A stretch of DNA of 64,000 nt from Octopus sinensis (GCF_006345805.1 NC_042998.1:102362001-102426000); one strand, 5' to 3'; counted from the first letter of the stretch, positions 25,593 through 37,956 are shown. A program made the numbers and translations. Notes: generated by a model not told the origin, from the letters alone.

Positions 25593-25708
25593 CCAGGAAT
25601 TTAAAACTCCAAAACAAATGCGCAGCAAGGTATTCGAACAAAACGCTCCTTAGGAGCCCATGAAATAGCACAAAACTGCGCATTTGTTTTGGAGTTTTAA
25701 ATTCCTGG

Positions 25709-25794
25709 ATTTTCCTGAAGAGAAAGCTGCAAAATGGTCTCCTTATTCAATCCGAATTTGGAAATTTGCGGCCTTTGAAACATGTGTAGAAAAT
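25709..25794 (+). ncRNA. Type-I hammerhead ribozyme motif (right arm of foldback B)
   Basis: attttc-CUGAAGA(25715-25721)-gaaagctgcaaa...tttgcggccttt-GAAA(25777-25780)-catgtg-U-A-gaaaat. Stem I has 6 bp, stem II 12 bp with one mismatch, and the GUA site is after 25788. Confidence 0.75.
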
Positions 25795-25845
25795 AATAAA
25801 AGGAATTCTGTAGAATCTTCGTTCAGCTCCATTTCTTCCCTTCAC

Positions 25846-25888
<43 letters not shown>

Positions 25889-26899
25889 CATCTACATATA
25901 TATATGTTTATGCATGTGTATATATTTATGCATCCCTACAGCCTAGTACTGTAGTTCTGAACACTGAGAGCAAAAACAAACACTATCTCGTATTAACATT
26001 GAGAACTCTTGCAATCATACAAACGTACAATTCTTTGAGACTGCTATTGAAGTATTCCGTGATGTAACATGAAATAGATAAATTGGCAGCCATAGCGCCG
26101 AGAAAGACACTTGATTAAAAATTATTAAATTCCAAGAACTAAATTTAGAAAGTTTAGATTGATATTTTTTGTGGTGTTTTGTATATTTCTTTTTAAAGAC
26201 CTGAAAATGTTATGGCTAAATAGTTCAAGTATTATTGAAAATTTAAATCGGCAGTTATTAATCAACACGTGTTTTGGATTATTCCACTAATTCTGAAAAC
26301 ATGATATCTAAGAAACTGAATTTGTCGAATTTTCCTGACATCTATTACTTAATGGTGTCTTCGGAAAGTCATTACGCAAATAATAATAACACACAGAGGT
26401 GCAATTTCACTTCTTTATTGATAGTGATTTAGTTGGATTTCTAACCAGCTAGCTGACCGATCGCTTGTTTAATGCATTGGCTAAATAATCAATCGGCTGT
26501 TTGTCAGTGAAAATATTTTCGTCATCATTCGCCACATTTTCAGTGGCTTTGTGACTTTTTCTCTCTCTTCCACGTTGCAAAATCTTTTCTGCGTCTATCT
26601 GAGAATTGGTCTTATGCTTGTGTATATACATGTGTGTATGTGTGGATGAAGATGTGTGTTTGTTTAGAAGAGGAGGTAAGGGAAAGTAAACGAAGAATAT
26701 GTGTGTGTATGCGTGTATGTGCGTGTGTGTTTGTGTGTGTGTCTGTGTGCGTGCCTGTTGTGTTTGTCGTTGTGTGTGTACAGCTGTGTGGATGCTTGTA
26801 TGCGTATTTGTGTTTGTGGGCTGTGTGCGCTAGCCATTCGCGATCTGTTTAAGGGTTTAGCCTTTTGTTCAAGTTCATTTTGATCTCAGATATGCTGAA

Positions 26900-27370
26900 G
26901 ATTTATGGGTGTAGGTTGAAGCAATTTATGTAGGAGGGTGAGGGAGAACTGGGTAGATGTATGTGAGCACCAGAGTGCGGCGAATTCCTGGCTGTGTGTG
27001 TAAACGCGCGCCGGTGAGGGGTTAAGTTTGCGTGCTCGTGTGTTTGAGTTGGTTCAGTGACTGGATATGCATATTCGTATGTTGTGTGTGTGTTTGAATC
27101 TGTGAGTGTAATCCAGCATGTGTGTGTGTGTGACTGTTCTTCCGTAAGTGCGACTGTTCTTGCAATCAATGTTCGAAATGGAAAGAAGTTTTAGTCGTTT
27201 GTGGTTGTCCTCTAGAATTTTTCATCGACTAAGCGCTAGTTTCCTCATCCATACGATTCACATTTATAGTCGATCAGTCTTTTTGTTGGAAAATATCTTG
27301 TTTTTCAATAGACAGGAATTTGTCTATTCAGTAATAATGGATCCTAGCATTTATACTCTGTCGTAAGGCA
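26900..27370 (-). mobile_element. Possible PLE 3' remnant with (GT)n-rich UTR
   Basis: Weak LRQ-I-N GIY-YIG-like residue on the minus strand plus a simple-repeat-rich tail; heavily decayed. Confidence 0.3.
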
Positions 27371-27691
27371 CTCTATTGATCATTACAATGTGGAGTTATT
27401 AGTTTCTTCACTTATAGGGGGTACGTAATTTACTTCATTTACAAACCAGGGACAGATTCTCCTAGGATCATGCATAATGCTATTTTACTGATGTGCTAAT
27501 GTTTCATGGAATTCAGTGAGTGCATTCAACCGGAAAATAGAATCCTTATCTTTTTCAGGTAATTTCCCTTTGCTATATTTTCTCAGCGTTGCACTGAGAC
27601 CTTCAACAGAGATAGCTTTCCATATTTACTCTTTTTTAAGTTCAATGTCTCTGACGTGTTGATGAATACAACCGTTTCACGATTGCGTTCT

Positions 27692-27744
<53 letters not shown>

Positions 27745-27760
27745 ATAATAATAATAATAA

Positions 27761-27815
<55 letters not shown>

Positions 27816-27857
27816 CTACTACTACTGCTGCTGCTGCTAGTCCTCCTCCTCCTCCTC

Positions 27858-27896
<39 letters not shown>

Positions 27897-27916
27897 TTAC
27901 TACTGCTGCTGCTACT
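27692..27916. repeat. Compound trinucleotide microsatellite (tac)n(taa)n(tgc)n(tcc)n(tac)n
   Basis: Direct reading. Confidence 0.95.
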
Positions 27917-28019
27917 CAGTTTTCATATTTCATATTTCAAATTGTGTAGGTAGTGTTTCCTTTCAGACAGCAGCATTGTTGTCATACCACTTTATAGATA
28001 TTTAAACAAATTTATATAC

Positions 28020-28288
28020 TTTTATTCTTTTATTCTTTTACTCGTTTCAGTCATTTTGACTGCGGTCATGCTGGACCACTGCCTGTAGTCGAACAAATCG
28101 ACCCCAGGACTTATTCTTTGTAAGCCTGGTTAGTAATTATACGATCAGTCTCTTTTTGCCGAACCGCTAAGTTATGGTGACGTTAGCACGCCAGCATCCG
28201 TCGTGAAGCGACGGTGGGAGGACAAACATATACACACAAGCATATGCACACACCTACATATATACATACATACATATGTATATATATA

Positions 28289-28355
<67 letters not shown>

Positions 28356-28513
28356 CGACGGGCTGCTTTCAGTTTCCGTCTACCAAATCCACTCACAAGG
28401 CTTTGGTCAGCCCGAGGCTATACTGGAAGACACTTGCCCATGGTGCCACGCAGTGGGACTGAACCCAATACTATGTGGTTGGTAAACAAGCTACCCACCA
28501 CACAGCCACTCCT
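28020..28513 (-). mobile_element. SINE family 1, full length, with ~110-bp internal (TA)n expansion
   Basis: Head to tail matches 52227-52632; the internal microsatellite is at ~28245-28355. Confidence 0.9.
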
Positions 28514-28559
28514 ACTGTTATAAATAACATCTTCTCTTCTAGAAATATATTCTCATCTG

Positions 28560-29800
28560 TATGGAATCTTATATCGATTTGAGGGCTATTCCGTTTCCTT
28601 ATGTTCCTTGACAACAGTATCTGATATATAAGATTTGATCTACTTGCCTAGGCCTGTTGCTATATCCGAGACTATTATTGCTTTACTATTGTCGGAGACC
28701 TCTATTTCGTGCATCTCTGTACTATTTCTTTTCTGTCGGCATTTAATAGCGGCAAAATATCTTGAAGTGTATGTAAATAACAACATTGTCATATTTGTGG
28801 ATGTATTTTTTCTGATTAAGACTAGGCCGCCTGTGTAGTTAATTGTTTCCTTAATGTTTCTACAAAATTGCCTACTATATTCTGTTTCACTAAATGAGTT
28901 GGTATGTTTCTAGCGAGAAGGCTGTGGATCTGTGCTGCAAATAATGAAAAATGAATCTCTGGTTAGTGCTCTGCGCTTTCTAGTACTGTACTGGGCTTTT
29001 TCTTTGTCTATTAATCACTGTTCAGCTTTTCCCGCAAAATATCGAGGCTTCTCTTGCTATTTCTTTATCGTGGCAACCTGTAGACCCAATTTTTGGAATA
29101 GTTTTTTTTCTGTTTCAAAATCTCTGTCTCAGTGACGGCATCTTCGTCATAGTTATCTGTTTAGCATCGATTTTGTAACTGTTGTCTTTTCTGATGACAG
29201 AAAACTGATGCTTGTCTCAGTCTTCGTAGATATTTGTATTAATTTTCACTGATACTCTACTAAATAGTTTTGATTTCCAACATAACGTGGAATTGCTATT
29301 AATTATTTTTACAGTACTAGATATTTTTGAAGTCTTACGGTGGATAGTTTCTTATGAATTCTTTCTTAGTTATATAAGATCTCTACTACCTTGTATAATT
29401 AGCATGGCTCTTCTTTTTCTTCTTATTACCTTCTTAGTATATTGACGCAATAATGTCGAACTAAAGAATCGATTTTTCTGAACACAGAAAATAAATATAA
29501 AAGAAAATATTTTGCAACATGACCTTGTTCTTTCCTTTGCGACCTCCTTTAATTCTTAATACTCACAAACTGATATTTGAAATTTTGTAAAGTTATACAT
29601 TTCTTTTATTTGAAGATGAAATCTAACTATGTTACTAAAGTTTAATACTGTTTTCTTTTATTTTCTTATATATGACTTCTCTCTCTTGAGAGTGCAACAA
29701 CTGGATTCCTGCTTAAATGACTTTTTTGGTTTGTATACTTTAAGTGTTTACATTTCAATTTAACTAGTTGCAGCATCATTTCGACAGATGATTCATATTG
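28560..29800 (-). pseudogene. Very old LINE remnant (APE endonuclease / ORF2-like)
   Basis: Only a weak NVNTLK endonuclease-like residue and strand-biased composition support this. Confidence 0.25.
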
Positions 29801-31119
29801 ACGTCATTATTTGTGTATATAGTATTATTTCTTGTAATGAATTTTCTATTCGAAATATTTTTCTTATTTTCTTTTTCTCCCTAATGTTGTTCCAATCACT
29901 TTTCTTCTATTCATACTTTTATGTTCTTCTCAGTAACATTTCCAGCTCCATAATTTATATTCATAACCTAAGTGTTATATTTCTTAAATTAAACTTGCGC
30001 TTGCTATTTCGACATTTTTACTCGCTTCAATATATGGCGCCAGGAGAAGGTTGCAGTATGCGTTGGTTATCGTTATATATTATATTTGATTCCGTGACTA
30101 CTGCTTTCTATTTATCGATTCAATTTCTTGAACACGAAACAATGTACGCCTAAAAACTTTATCATATCAAGAAAAGAAAACACTAAACGAAACAAAAAGA
30201 AGCATTTATTCGACGATTCCATTTATTTTACAAATCTGCTTAGAAACACGAAACGGTTTAGACCAAGTGGTTTAAAATAAGTGAGTTTTCTTTTGAAAAC
30301 GACGAATATTTATGGAATGGGGTTTCGAACACGGAGACAAAACATTTAACCGAAACGAAACTGAAACAAAGACAACAGACGCAATAAGGGAATTTGAGAC
30401 AGGGAGACTGGTATATAAAATGTAATCAGCTGCGATTCGGACCATAAATCTGAGGATATTAGTATAGTATCACGGTCTAATAGCTAAGAGGGAAACTACA
30501 AAGGAAACCTTCATGATTTTCCCACTAAAGGAATTCTAGAAACTTCTGGATCGACAATTATTTAATCGCAAGTATATTTAACCCAGAGTACAGGTACCCC
30601 CGATTTATATGATCGATGTTGCTTTTACCTCGTATGAGTTTCTCTTATCTATCTTATTTTGCTGACAAATTCAACCTAATCAGCGACTTATTTCAGGATT
30701 TTGACGTATAGGTAGTCTTTCGACTCGTTTACGTTCCTCTCTTCTTCATATGTCTTAACTAATTGTTTCAGTCAAGAAATCTTAATTCATTGCAATCATC
30801 CACATGCTCTGCGCAACACGCACAATATTGAAATAATATTGGAAATAAAATGCGTGGTAAAATATCGTATCAAGCTCTAGTAGGTTTAGTATCAGCACAC
30901 AAAATCTAATAACCCGTCTGACATTGAGAACTACAATAGAAGAAAATATAAGTAAAAGCTACACTGAAAATGGTGACTGCGTTTACTTCATTTGTAAACA
31001 GATGTGTCTAAATTCACAACATATTAAACTGTTCACGCGACGACTTCGCTACCAAAAATGTAAGACCAAATTACGAAGAATGAAAATACGAAAACAATAA
31101 ATAAATTTCACTGAAAATA

Positions 31120-31377
31120 TATATTTGCAAAGCGGTTGCAGCCATCACAGCTAGCAGGACTTACTACCCTGGACTGATGACGAGCAAGACTCAGAAATAT
31201 GCATGTCTTCAGGTGCTAATCCTAGCTGGCGGGAGTGCTTGCTTTCCCTTTGCAAATATAAGGACACAGGAAATGTGTCAAAGCCGACAGGAAGCGTCAA
31301 TGCTTCCTAGGGCTAAATAGCAGTGGTGTGATTCCCCTTACGAGACTGTCACGTTGAGTTGACAGTATACAACCACT
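31120..31377 (+). ncRNA. Highly structured ~260-nt hammerhead-containing unit (retrozyme-like)
   Basis: A 13-bp closing helix (31120-31132/31248-31260) encloses a HHR at 31168-31213 (cctgga-CUGAUGA-cgagcaagactca-GAAA-tatgcatg-U-C-ttcagg) with extended stem I, and three further hairpins follow. Confidence 0.7.
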
Positions 31378-31413
31378 ATATATATATATATGTATGTATA
31401 TATATGTATATAT

Positions 31414-31481
<68 letters not shown>

Positions 31482-31484
<3 letters not shown>

Positions 31485-32487
31485 TTTGATACTTTGATAC
31501 TTTGATGGGTTTCGGCCATTATTGGCCCAGGCCATGTCTAACTTAATAGCACCACCTGGTGAAGTCTTTCAAGTCAGAATTTGGGCACTATGGCCCACTC
31601 AAGTAGAGAGTTATTGTTTACAGAGACATATCCGGGTGTAGGGGGTTTATCCGGGATTTCTTGAAGGAATCTGTCCAAAGACTTCTTGAACCCTATAGGG
31701 TCAGTTTCTGTTTTAATGTGTTTTGGTGTAATGTTAAAGAGAGCGGGGCCAATTGAGGTGAAATAATTGTGCCGTATTGTTGTTATGAGATGAGAGTGTG
31801 ATTTTTGTTTTGGGCGGATGGCACGGGGCCCAAGCCTTGGATGTACCTTAAAGGTGATGCCAACATCATTTGGGCAATGCTGATGGAATATTTCCCACAT
31901 CATGCAGATGATGTAGCGCTCACGACGACGTTGGAGAGAATAGAGTTTTAGCTTTTCTAGTCGACCCCAATAGTCGAGGCCTGTCATGCCATCTATCTTT
32001 TTTGTGATTGCCCTTTGAGGTGCTTCAACTTTTATGATACCTTGTATTGTGTGGGGAGACCACAGTGGACAACAGTATTCAAGGTGGGGTCGGGCAAAAG
32101 TGGAGAAGAGAAGGATAATGGTGTGGATATCTCTCGACTGGAAAGTTCTGAGAATCCAGGAACACATTCTGCGGGCCATGTCAACTTTGGTGTTTATATG
32201 AGTGGCCCAGCTTATGTTGTTGTCCACAATTACTCCCAGGTCTCTGATGTTGTTGGACGCCGCGAGAGTTTCACCTGAAGGAAGGGAGTATGGGAGTTTC
32301 AGGGCATCCTCTTTTCCAAAGTGGATTAACTCAAATTTATCCTCGTTCAGCAGCATATTGTTTTTTTCTGCCCATTGGATAACAGCCAGTAGATCTGACT
32401 GAAGGCATGTCCGGTCACTCGCCTCATTTATGACCTTCTGTAGCTTGGAGTCATCTGCAAAGATTTTTATGTTGCTGTGCTTGATGA
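31482..32487 (-). mobile_element. CR1-clade LINE, 5'-truncated, with 3' UTR stem-loop and (atcaaagt)n tail
   Basis: Uninterrupted RT C-terminal ORF, then 3' UTR ggcca-ataa-tggcc and octamer tail. It has microsatellites on both sides. Confidence 0.93.
31574..32487 (-). CDS. CR1 ORF2 partial reverse transcriptase (~305 open codons, 5'-truncated)
   Basis: IKIFADDSKL, NNIRDLGVIVD, RPHLEYCCPLWSP, LYSLQRRRERY. The Met-Cys-Val start in the ORF track comes from the flanking (CA)n. Confidence 0.85.
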
Positions 32488-32509
32488 TACATACACACAC
32501 ACACACACA

Positions 32510-32572
<63 letters not shown>

Positions 32573-32859
32573 TATATATAAATATATATATACATATATA
32601 TCATTTAAGTTTATTCTCGGGGATATTTTTGTGCTTGCATATAAAAGCTCCTATCTTATTTTGTCGTCTAAAGGCTAATGAAACCAACTAGCAAAAGCAA
32701 TTTTAATGTAGGATAAACATAGCAACAATTGATTTTCTCACCAATACTTAAATGTATTCAAATACACATCAAAGAAAGCTACATAGATAGACACATGCAT
32801 GCAATAAACTTCCAGAGTTTTCATCTACCAAATTGTCCGAGAGATTATTATTATTATTA

Positions 32860-32926
<67 letters not shown>

Positions 32927-32954
32927 AGAAAAAAGCAACAAAAATGGATGAATA

Positions 32955-33044
32955 TTTCGATACAATTGTTTCGTACGAAGACCACCTTTATTAAGGCTGT
33001 AAATATTGCAGCAAATACAAGTGACCCGTACTCATCAGCCGAAA
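32955..33044 (-). ncRNA. Type-I hammerhead ribozyme motif (left arm of foldback C)
   Basis: tttcgg-CUGAUGA-gtacg...cgtac-GAAA-caattg-U-A-tcgaaa; stem I has one G-U pair. Confidence 0.8.
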
Positions 33045-33845
33045 AAACATCTGAGTTCTCAAAACATCTAAAGGGGTGAGGCTACACTCCTGAAACATCA
33101 GGGATAGTTCTATAAAAATCAGAGTTACATAATAAACGGACTTCCATTAATAAATTAGTAACATTAATAAATAAAGAAATAAATTAAATGACCCCCTTTC
33201 TAGTGTTGCACTGAAATCTGTTAATGCTTTTTCCTATAGTGACAACCTTTGTCCCGCCTTTACCTTCCCGTGTCCTCTTTATATAGCAATCAACAACGGT
33301 ATACTGGTCAATAATAGCATTCCACTTTAAAACACTTAGATTCTTGCAAATTCTGACCCAGTCAGTTTGTCTCCACTGAAATAAACTATTCTGCGTAATT
33401 GGATATTTACAACCTCTTCTACTCTCAGTTACCCCATTATACCCTATGTGAGTGATCGTCTCTACGCTCCACTAACTTTCCTTCAACTAATTCTAACATA
33501 GCAGTTTTGAGAAATGATCAGAAATGCAACCAGTATATCGTTTTACATCAGGAAACCCACTTTATTATGGACTAATTATGGATAAATACATCGTCTGTGA
33601 GTATGAAATCTCTCCTCATAACTCCAGAATTCAAACCTACTTCATTATGGATGGATTTACATTTTCATTTTCTGTGAAACTAAGAGGTTTTTTAAAATAC
33701 TTTTTTAAAACCTGTTATATGACTGTGCAAGATTAAAGAACTTTGGAAGTCCGTTTATTATCTAAATCTGATTTTTATAGAACTATCCATAATGTTTCAG
33801 GAGTGTAGCCTCACCCACTTAGATGTTTTGAGAACTCAGATGTTT

Positions 33846-33935
33846 TTTCGGCTGATGAGTACGGGTCACTTGTATTTGCTGCAATATTTGCAGCCTTAAT
33901 AAAGGTGGTCTTCGTACGAAACAATTGTACCGAAA
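33846..33935 (+). ncRNA. Type-I hammerhead ribozyme motif (right arm of foldback C)
   Basis: tttcgg-CUGAUGA(33852-33858)-gtacg...cgtac-GAAA(33918-33921)-caattg-U-A-ccgaaa. Stem III is the palindrome acaattgt, the GUA site is after 33929, and loop II holds the hairpins gctgcaa/ttgcagc and cctt/aagg. Confidence 0.85.
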
Positions 33936-34085
33936 TATTGATCCATTTTTGTTGCTTTTTTCTTGTTTATAATCACCCCGAATTACCTTATGGTTAATAA
34001 CATATAGATTTCTGGTGCATTTAAGTTAAGTACCGCATTCATGTGAATTCAACAGAACTCACTTGAATCTTAATTGCTTTTACTG

Positions 34086-34155
<70 letters not shown>

Positions 34156-34359
34156 AATGTATATATTATGTATTATGTATATATATATATATAAAAGGCT
34201 GGCAACAGGTTGCTTAGCCACATACCGAAAAAATTAGAAACAGTCAAATACTGTTTATTTCTATTTTCTACAAATAAGATTCCACATACGACATATCCCT
34301 GTAATTCACATATGTAAAACAGAAGGAAGAAATAACGAAAACAAAGTCTAACAGTTATT

Positions 34360-34422
34360 CATGAACGCGTTTCTGGATAAGGAATATAATAAACTATCAA
34401 TTCCATGTCCTTCGTCAGCGTA
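34360..34422 (-). ncRNA. Type-I hammerhead motif with GAAACGCGU (PLE-type), slightly decayed
   Basis: Minus strand reads tacg-CUGACGA-a-gga...tcc-a-GAAA-cgcg-U-U-catg, with palindromic stem III acgcgt. Confidence 0.6.
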
Positions 34423-35999
34423 AATATCCACTAAAATAGATTTATCAAATGCTATGTACCTCCACTTCTCGATCAGGCGACATCGAAATAGTGGAAGAAA
34501 GCAAGAATAGGCCAAACCTATATAGACGATTGAATCCGTAAATTTTCCCTCCAAATTTTACCATGCGTATTACAAAAATAGTTCCTTAGAGATAGAAACT
34601 ATGGGTTGTCGTAAGGTTGTCGTATATATACAAAATATATATTGAACTTTTATAGAAATTCCTTCCGTTAATGGTTATATTTTACATGCCGAAATCTACC
34701 AGTAAATAAATTTTGTTTTTTTAAAAACCATTAAAGCTATTGTTTACTCTTATTATATACCCTTGTGTATATGTATATATGTGTGTGTATATATATATAT
34801 GTGTGTGTGTGTGTACATATATATGCATTAACATACATATGTATATGTATATATAATCTCAATGTAGTGTGTATGGGAGATGAATATAAATTTATTTAGC
34901 AGCGTGTCATCCTTGCGGTCTTTTCGCAACCTTGTTCAAGTAGTATAAATTTCAGTGAGGGAAAAATTATGCTTTCATTAAAAAGAAATTATTCAAGGCT
35001 ACATAACATACTGGTACATGGTGGATCCCGTTATTCTTTTGGTGGATGATTTTGTTGTAAATGTGGATGATGTTATACAATACATTATTCAGGCTTCTTG
35101 GCAATTTTTGAGCTTTACTTGTCTTGAAGCATTTCAAAATGGTCGAAGCAACACAAACTATTAACTTTTGGTAATGTTTCCAAATGAGATAAATATTTAT
35201 CAAAGGAAATTAGGCACTCTGATTTTGTATCTCAGTCTGCGGCTTATACTCGTTATATCAGTGGCTTCACTAATTGCTTGTTTAATGCCTTTATCCACGG
35301 CCTTTTGAATTCTCGGCACTCTAACGTTTCTAGAGCTTTGAAAGAAAATGGCTATTGACCAAGATTCGAATGAAAACTAATACGTCATTTTCTTAAGGCT
35401 TCTGTCTAGAATCTTTGTCTTATTGCACAAACTATAAATTTGCAGTATTTCTACAGGTTATGAACGGTGGTTTCTTCCCATTAAATACAAACCCTTAGAG
35501 GCTGGCAATTTCTATCTAGTTTTGTTTCAATGAGTTAACCCAATTACTGAGTATTAACAAAATTCAGCTCATCCTGCAGTAAATTCAATAATACAACCTT
35601 TCTCCCGCCAGATTTATACATCGTATCATTGTTTACATTTATTAACACAGGTGGTTAAAATATCTATCCATCATAATATCAGTGATCTGAATGTCAATAA
35701 AATCCACCCCAATCTGTACACCAGCTGAGCTGCTTTATGACACATTAACATTTTCTCGGTGAGATGGCAGTTGGGGATTGCAACATGTGTTACTATCGTC
35801 CAATTTTATACATCATTATGTGCATGTCAAAGATGTGTTTATAAGTATCCTTCCGAACAAAGCAGACATACCTGCATACCTAACATGAATAATTAATTAA
35901 CTACCAGACAAAGTATTAAACACTGTTAATGGAAATGGACAGGATTATTTCCAACAGTGTAATGAACTCTCATTCTAACAGAATGTATCTATATGCCCG

Positions 36000-37870
36000 G
36001 TGTATATGACCTGTCTATATTATAACTTTTTTTGCTGTCTACTAACAGCAATGCAGTATAAGAACGACATTCAAAAACTTGAACAAAGAAGAAAGTGCCA
36101 TCATGGGTTTTTAAGACGGAGAAAAATATAGCTGATTTACGGAAGACTATCAGCCATGTGATAATGCTTATTGCGAGCAAACAAGCAAATCACAATACGT
36201 CTCACCAACAAAAAGTGAAGAAGGAGATAAAAGTGATGTTCAGGGATAGTAAAATGAGGACATTCACCTGCATAGTGATTATCCTCAAGCAGGAGCAAAA
36301 AGCTGTCAGTGAGAACCTCCGACATCAGAAGAAAACAAACGAGAAGCAAAAATAAGCAAAAACAAATTTACCGGAATCAGGCAGCAGTGTGTAGAGACTT
36401 CTCGAGAGGAGTAGTCAACATCACAGAAGCCCCTTCCTGAGAAGACATAGGCTGCTTCTGGTAGAAAATCTCGAGCGAAGCGGAGTTTAATGAAGATGAT
36501 CTGTGACTGAAAGAATTTCGAAAACGTTATTGCTCCTGCATTACATCCATACATACAGCATTGATGGTGATACACTTGTAACTGTGATCCCAAAAATTTC
36601 AGAATGGAAAAGCACCTGGAAGAGACTTCATTGCTGGATATTGGTACAAGTAGCTAACCATTTACCGATCATATCTTGTCAATCTCTTCCTCCAAGACCA
36701 TGGTGAAAGTAATAACATCTTCACAGCAGAACAAGCAGCTGGGAAGGAGGGAGCCTGGATATATGCTGGGCAAGTGTTAATAAACGAAACTGTAATATCA
36801 GAGATGCAGGAACATAGGAGGAACCTCATTTCAATGTGGCTGGACTACAAGAAAGCCTTTGATTCTATATCCAGCTCATAGATACTAGAAGCCCTTCTAC
36901 TTGCTTAAGTTCCAGTGAGCATAGTCAAAGCAATAGCTGGCCTGATTTCCTCGTGTGCCACCATATTGAAGTATAATACAAGGAGTGTTTGATTGTATTA
37001 TCACTGATAGAACACAGTATCGCAGAGGTATATTCCAAGGGGACTTCCTCTCTGCAATGTCCTTTATACTGTCTGTAAATCCCTTGTCATTCATGTTAAG
37101 GAAATGTGAAGGATATGTCACTGGTTCACAAGGAAACAGAAATACCAAAATTACGTTTCATCCTGGATGATGTGAAAGAATATGCACGTGAAGAAAAAGA
37201 ACACCAATCGGATTACTAACTCCCACTTTGAAAGGTAAGCGTTTTCAATCCAGGAACGAGAAATATCAACCAAATGAATTATGCAGAAAAGGGACAGAGG
37301 CACACAGACTTCATGGAGTTAACACTGAAGACATGATCCACATCACAAGCAGTTGTCCGAATCTGTCTTTACGGTATTTTCTGCCGATAAGACATGATGT
37401 TTTCGCTAGGACACTGTATAATGAGATCCGTCCGATGGATAAATCCTAGGACAAAGAAATAAGAACCTTCAGTATGATAGAAGCCATAAAAATGAGTACT
37501 GGTGGAATAACCCAGAGAGAATCTTAATAGAATGTAAGCATAATAGACCTGATTTAGTGATTTGGGATTGAGAAGAGAAACCGTGTACAGTTGTGGAAAT
37601 TAGCTGCAAAGTGGATGCTGACAAAGATCAGTGAAAAAGAAAATATCTACACTGAATTATTGAAGAAACTACAACTACTCTAACCGAACTACAAATTCAG
37701 GTTTATATCTCTAATTATTGGGGCACTGAGATTTATAGCACACTGCCCAAATACCAATCTTAAGAAATTAAGCTTCTCAAAGCCAGAAAAGGAGAAAGCT
37801 GACTTGAAGTCTACAGATGTAAGCCATCACTGGGACCGTTAAAATTTGTAAAACTTTCCAGAAGCTTATC
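36000..37870 (+). pseudogene. Dong/R4-clade (RLE) LINE remnant with internal deletion
   Basis: WLDYKKAFDSI, RRGIFQGDFLS..FILSVNPLS, HITSSCP..IRHD (CCHC) and HNRPDLVIWD..VVEISC (restriction-like endonuclease). Confidence 0.85.
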
Positions 37871-37956
37871 CTTTAAGTATATATGAGCATGTCTAAACAT
37901 GCAACTATATGCATGACAATACATTCATAAGACGAATAATATAAATCTGCAGATAT

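Larger units (their letters stand above)
25447..25854. mobile_element. Foldback element B: 179-bp near-perfect inverted arms, 50-bp spacer, outward-facing hammerhead in each arm
   Basis: Arms at 25447-25625 and 25676-25854, with only one mismatch found by eye (gaggattc vs gaagattc). It abuts (TA)n. Confidence 0.92.
32924..33966. mobile_element. Foldback element C: ~223-bp inverted arms, ~600-bp spacer, outward-facing hammerhead in each arm
   Basis: Arms at 32924-33146 and 33744-33966 are about 95% identical by eye; the left end abuts (TA)n. Confidence 0.9.

Noticed and set aside
34950-35460. Possible exon-like stretch
   Set aside because: Stops occur in all frames, and no recognisable motif or paired splice signals could be supported.
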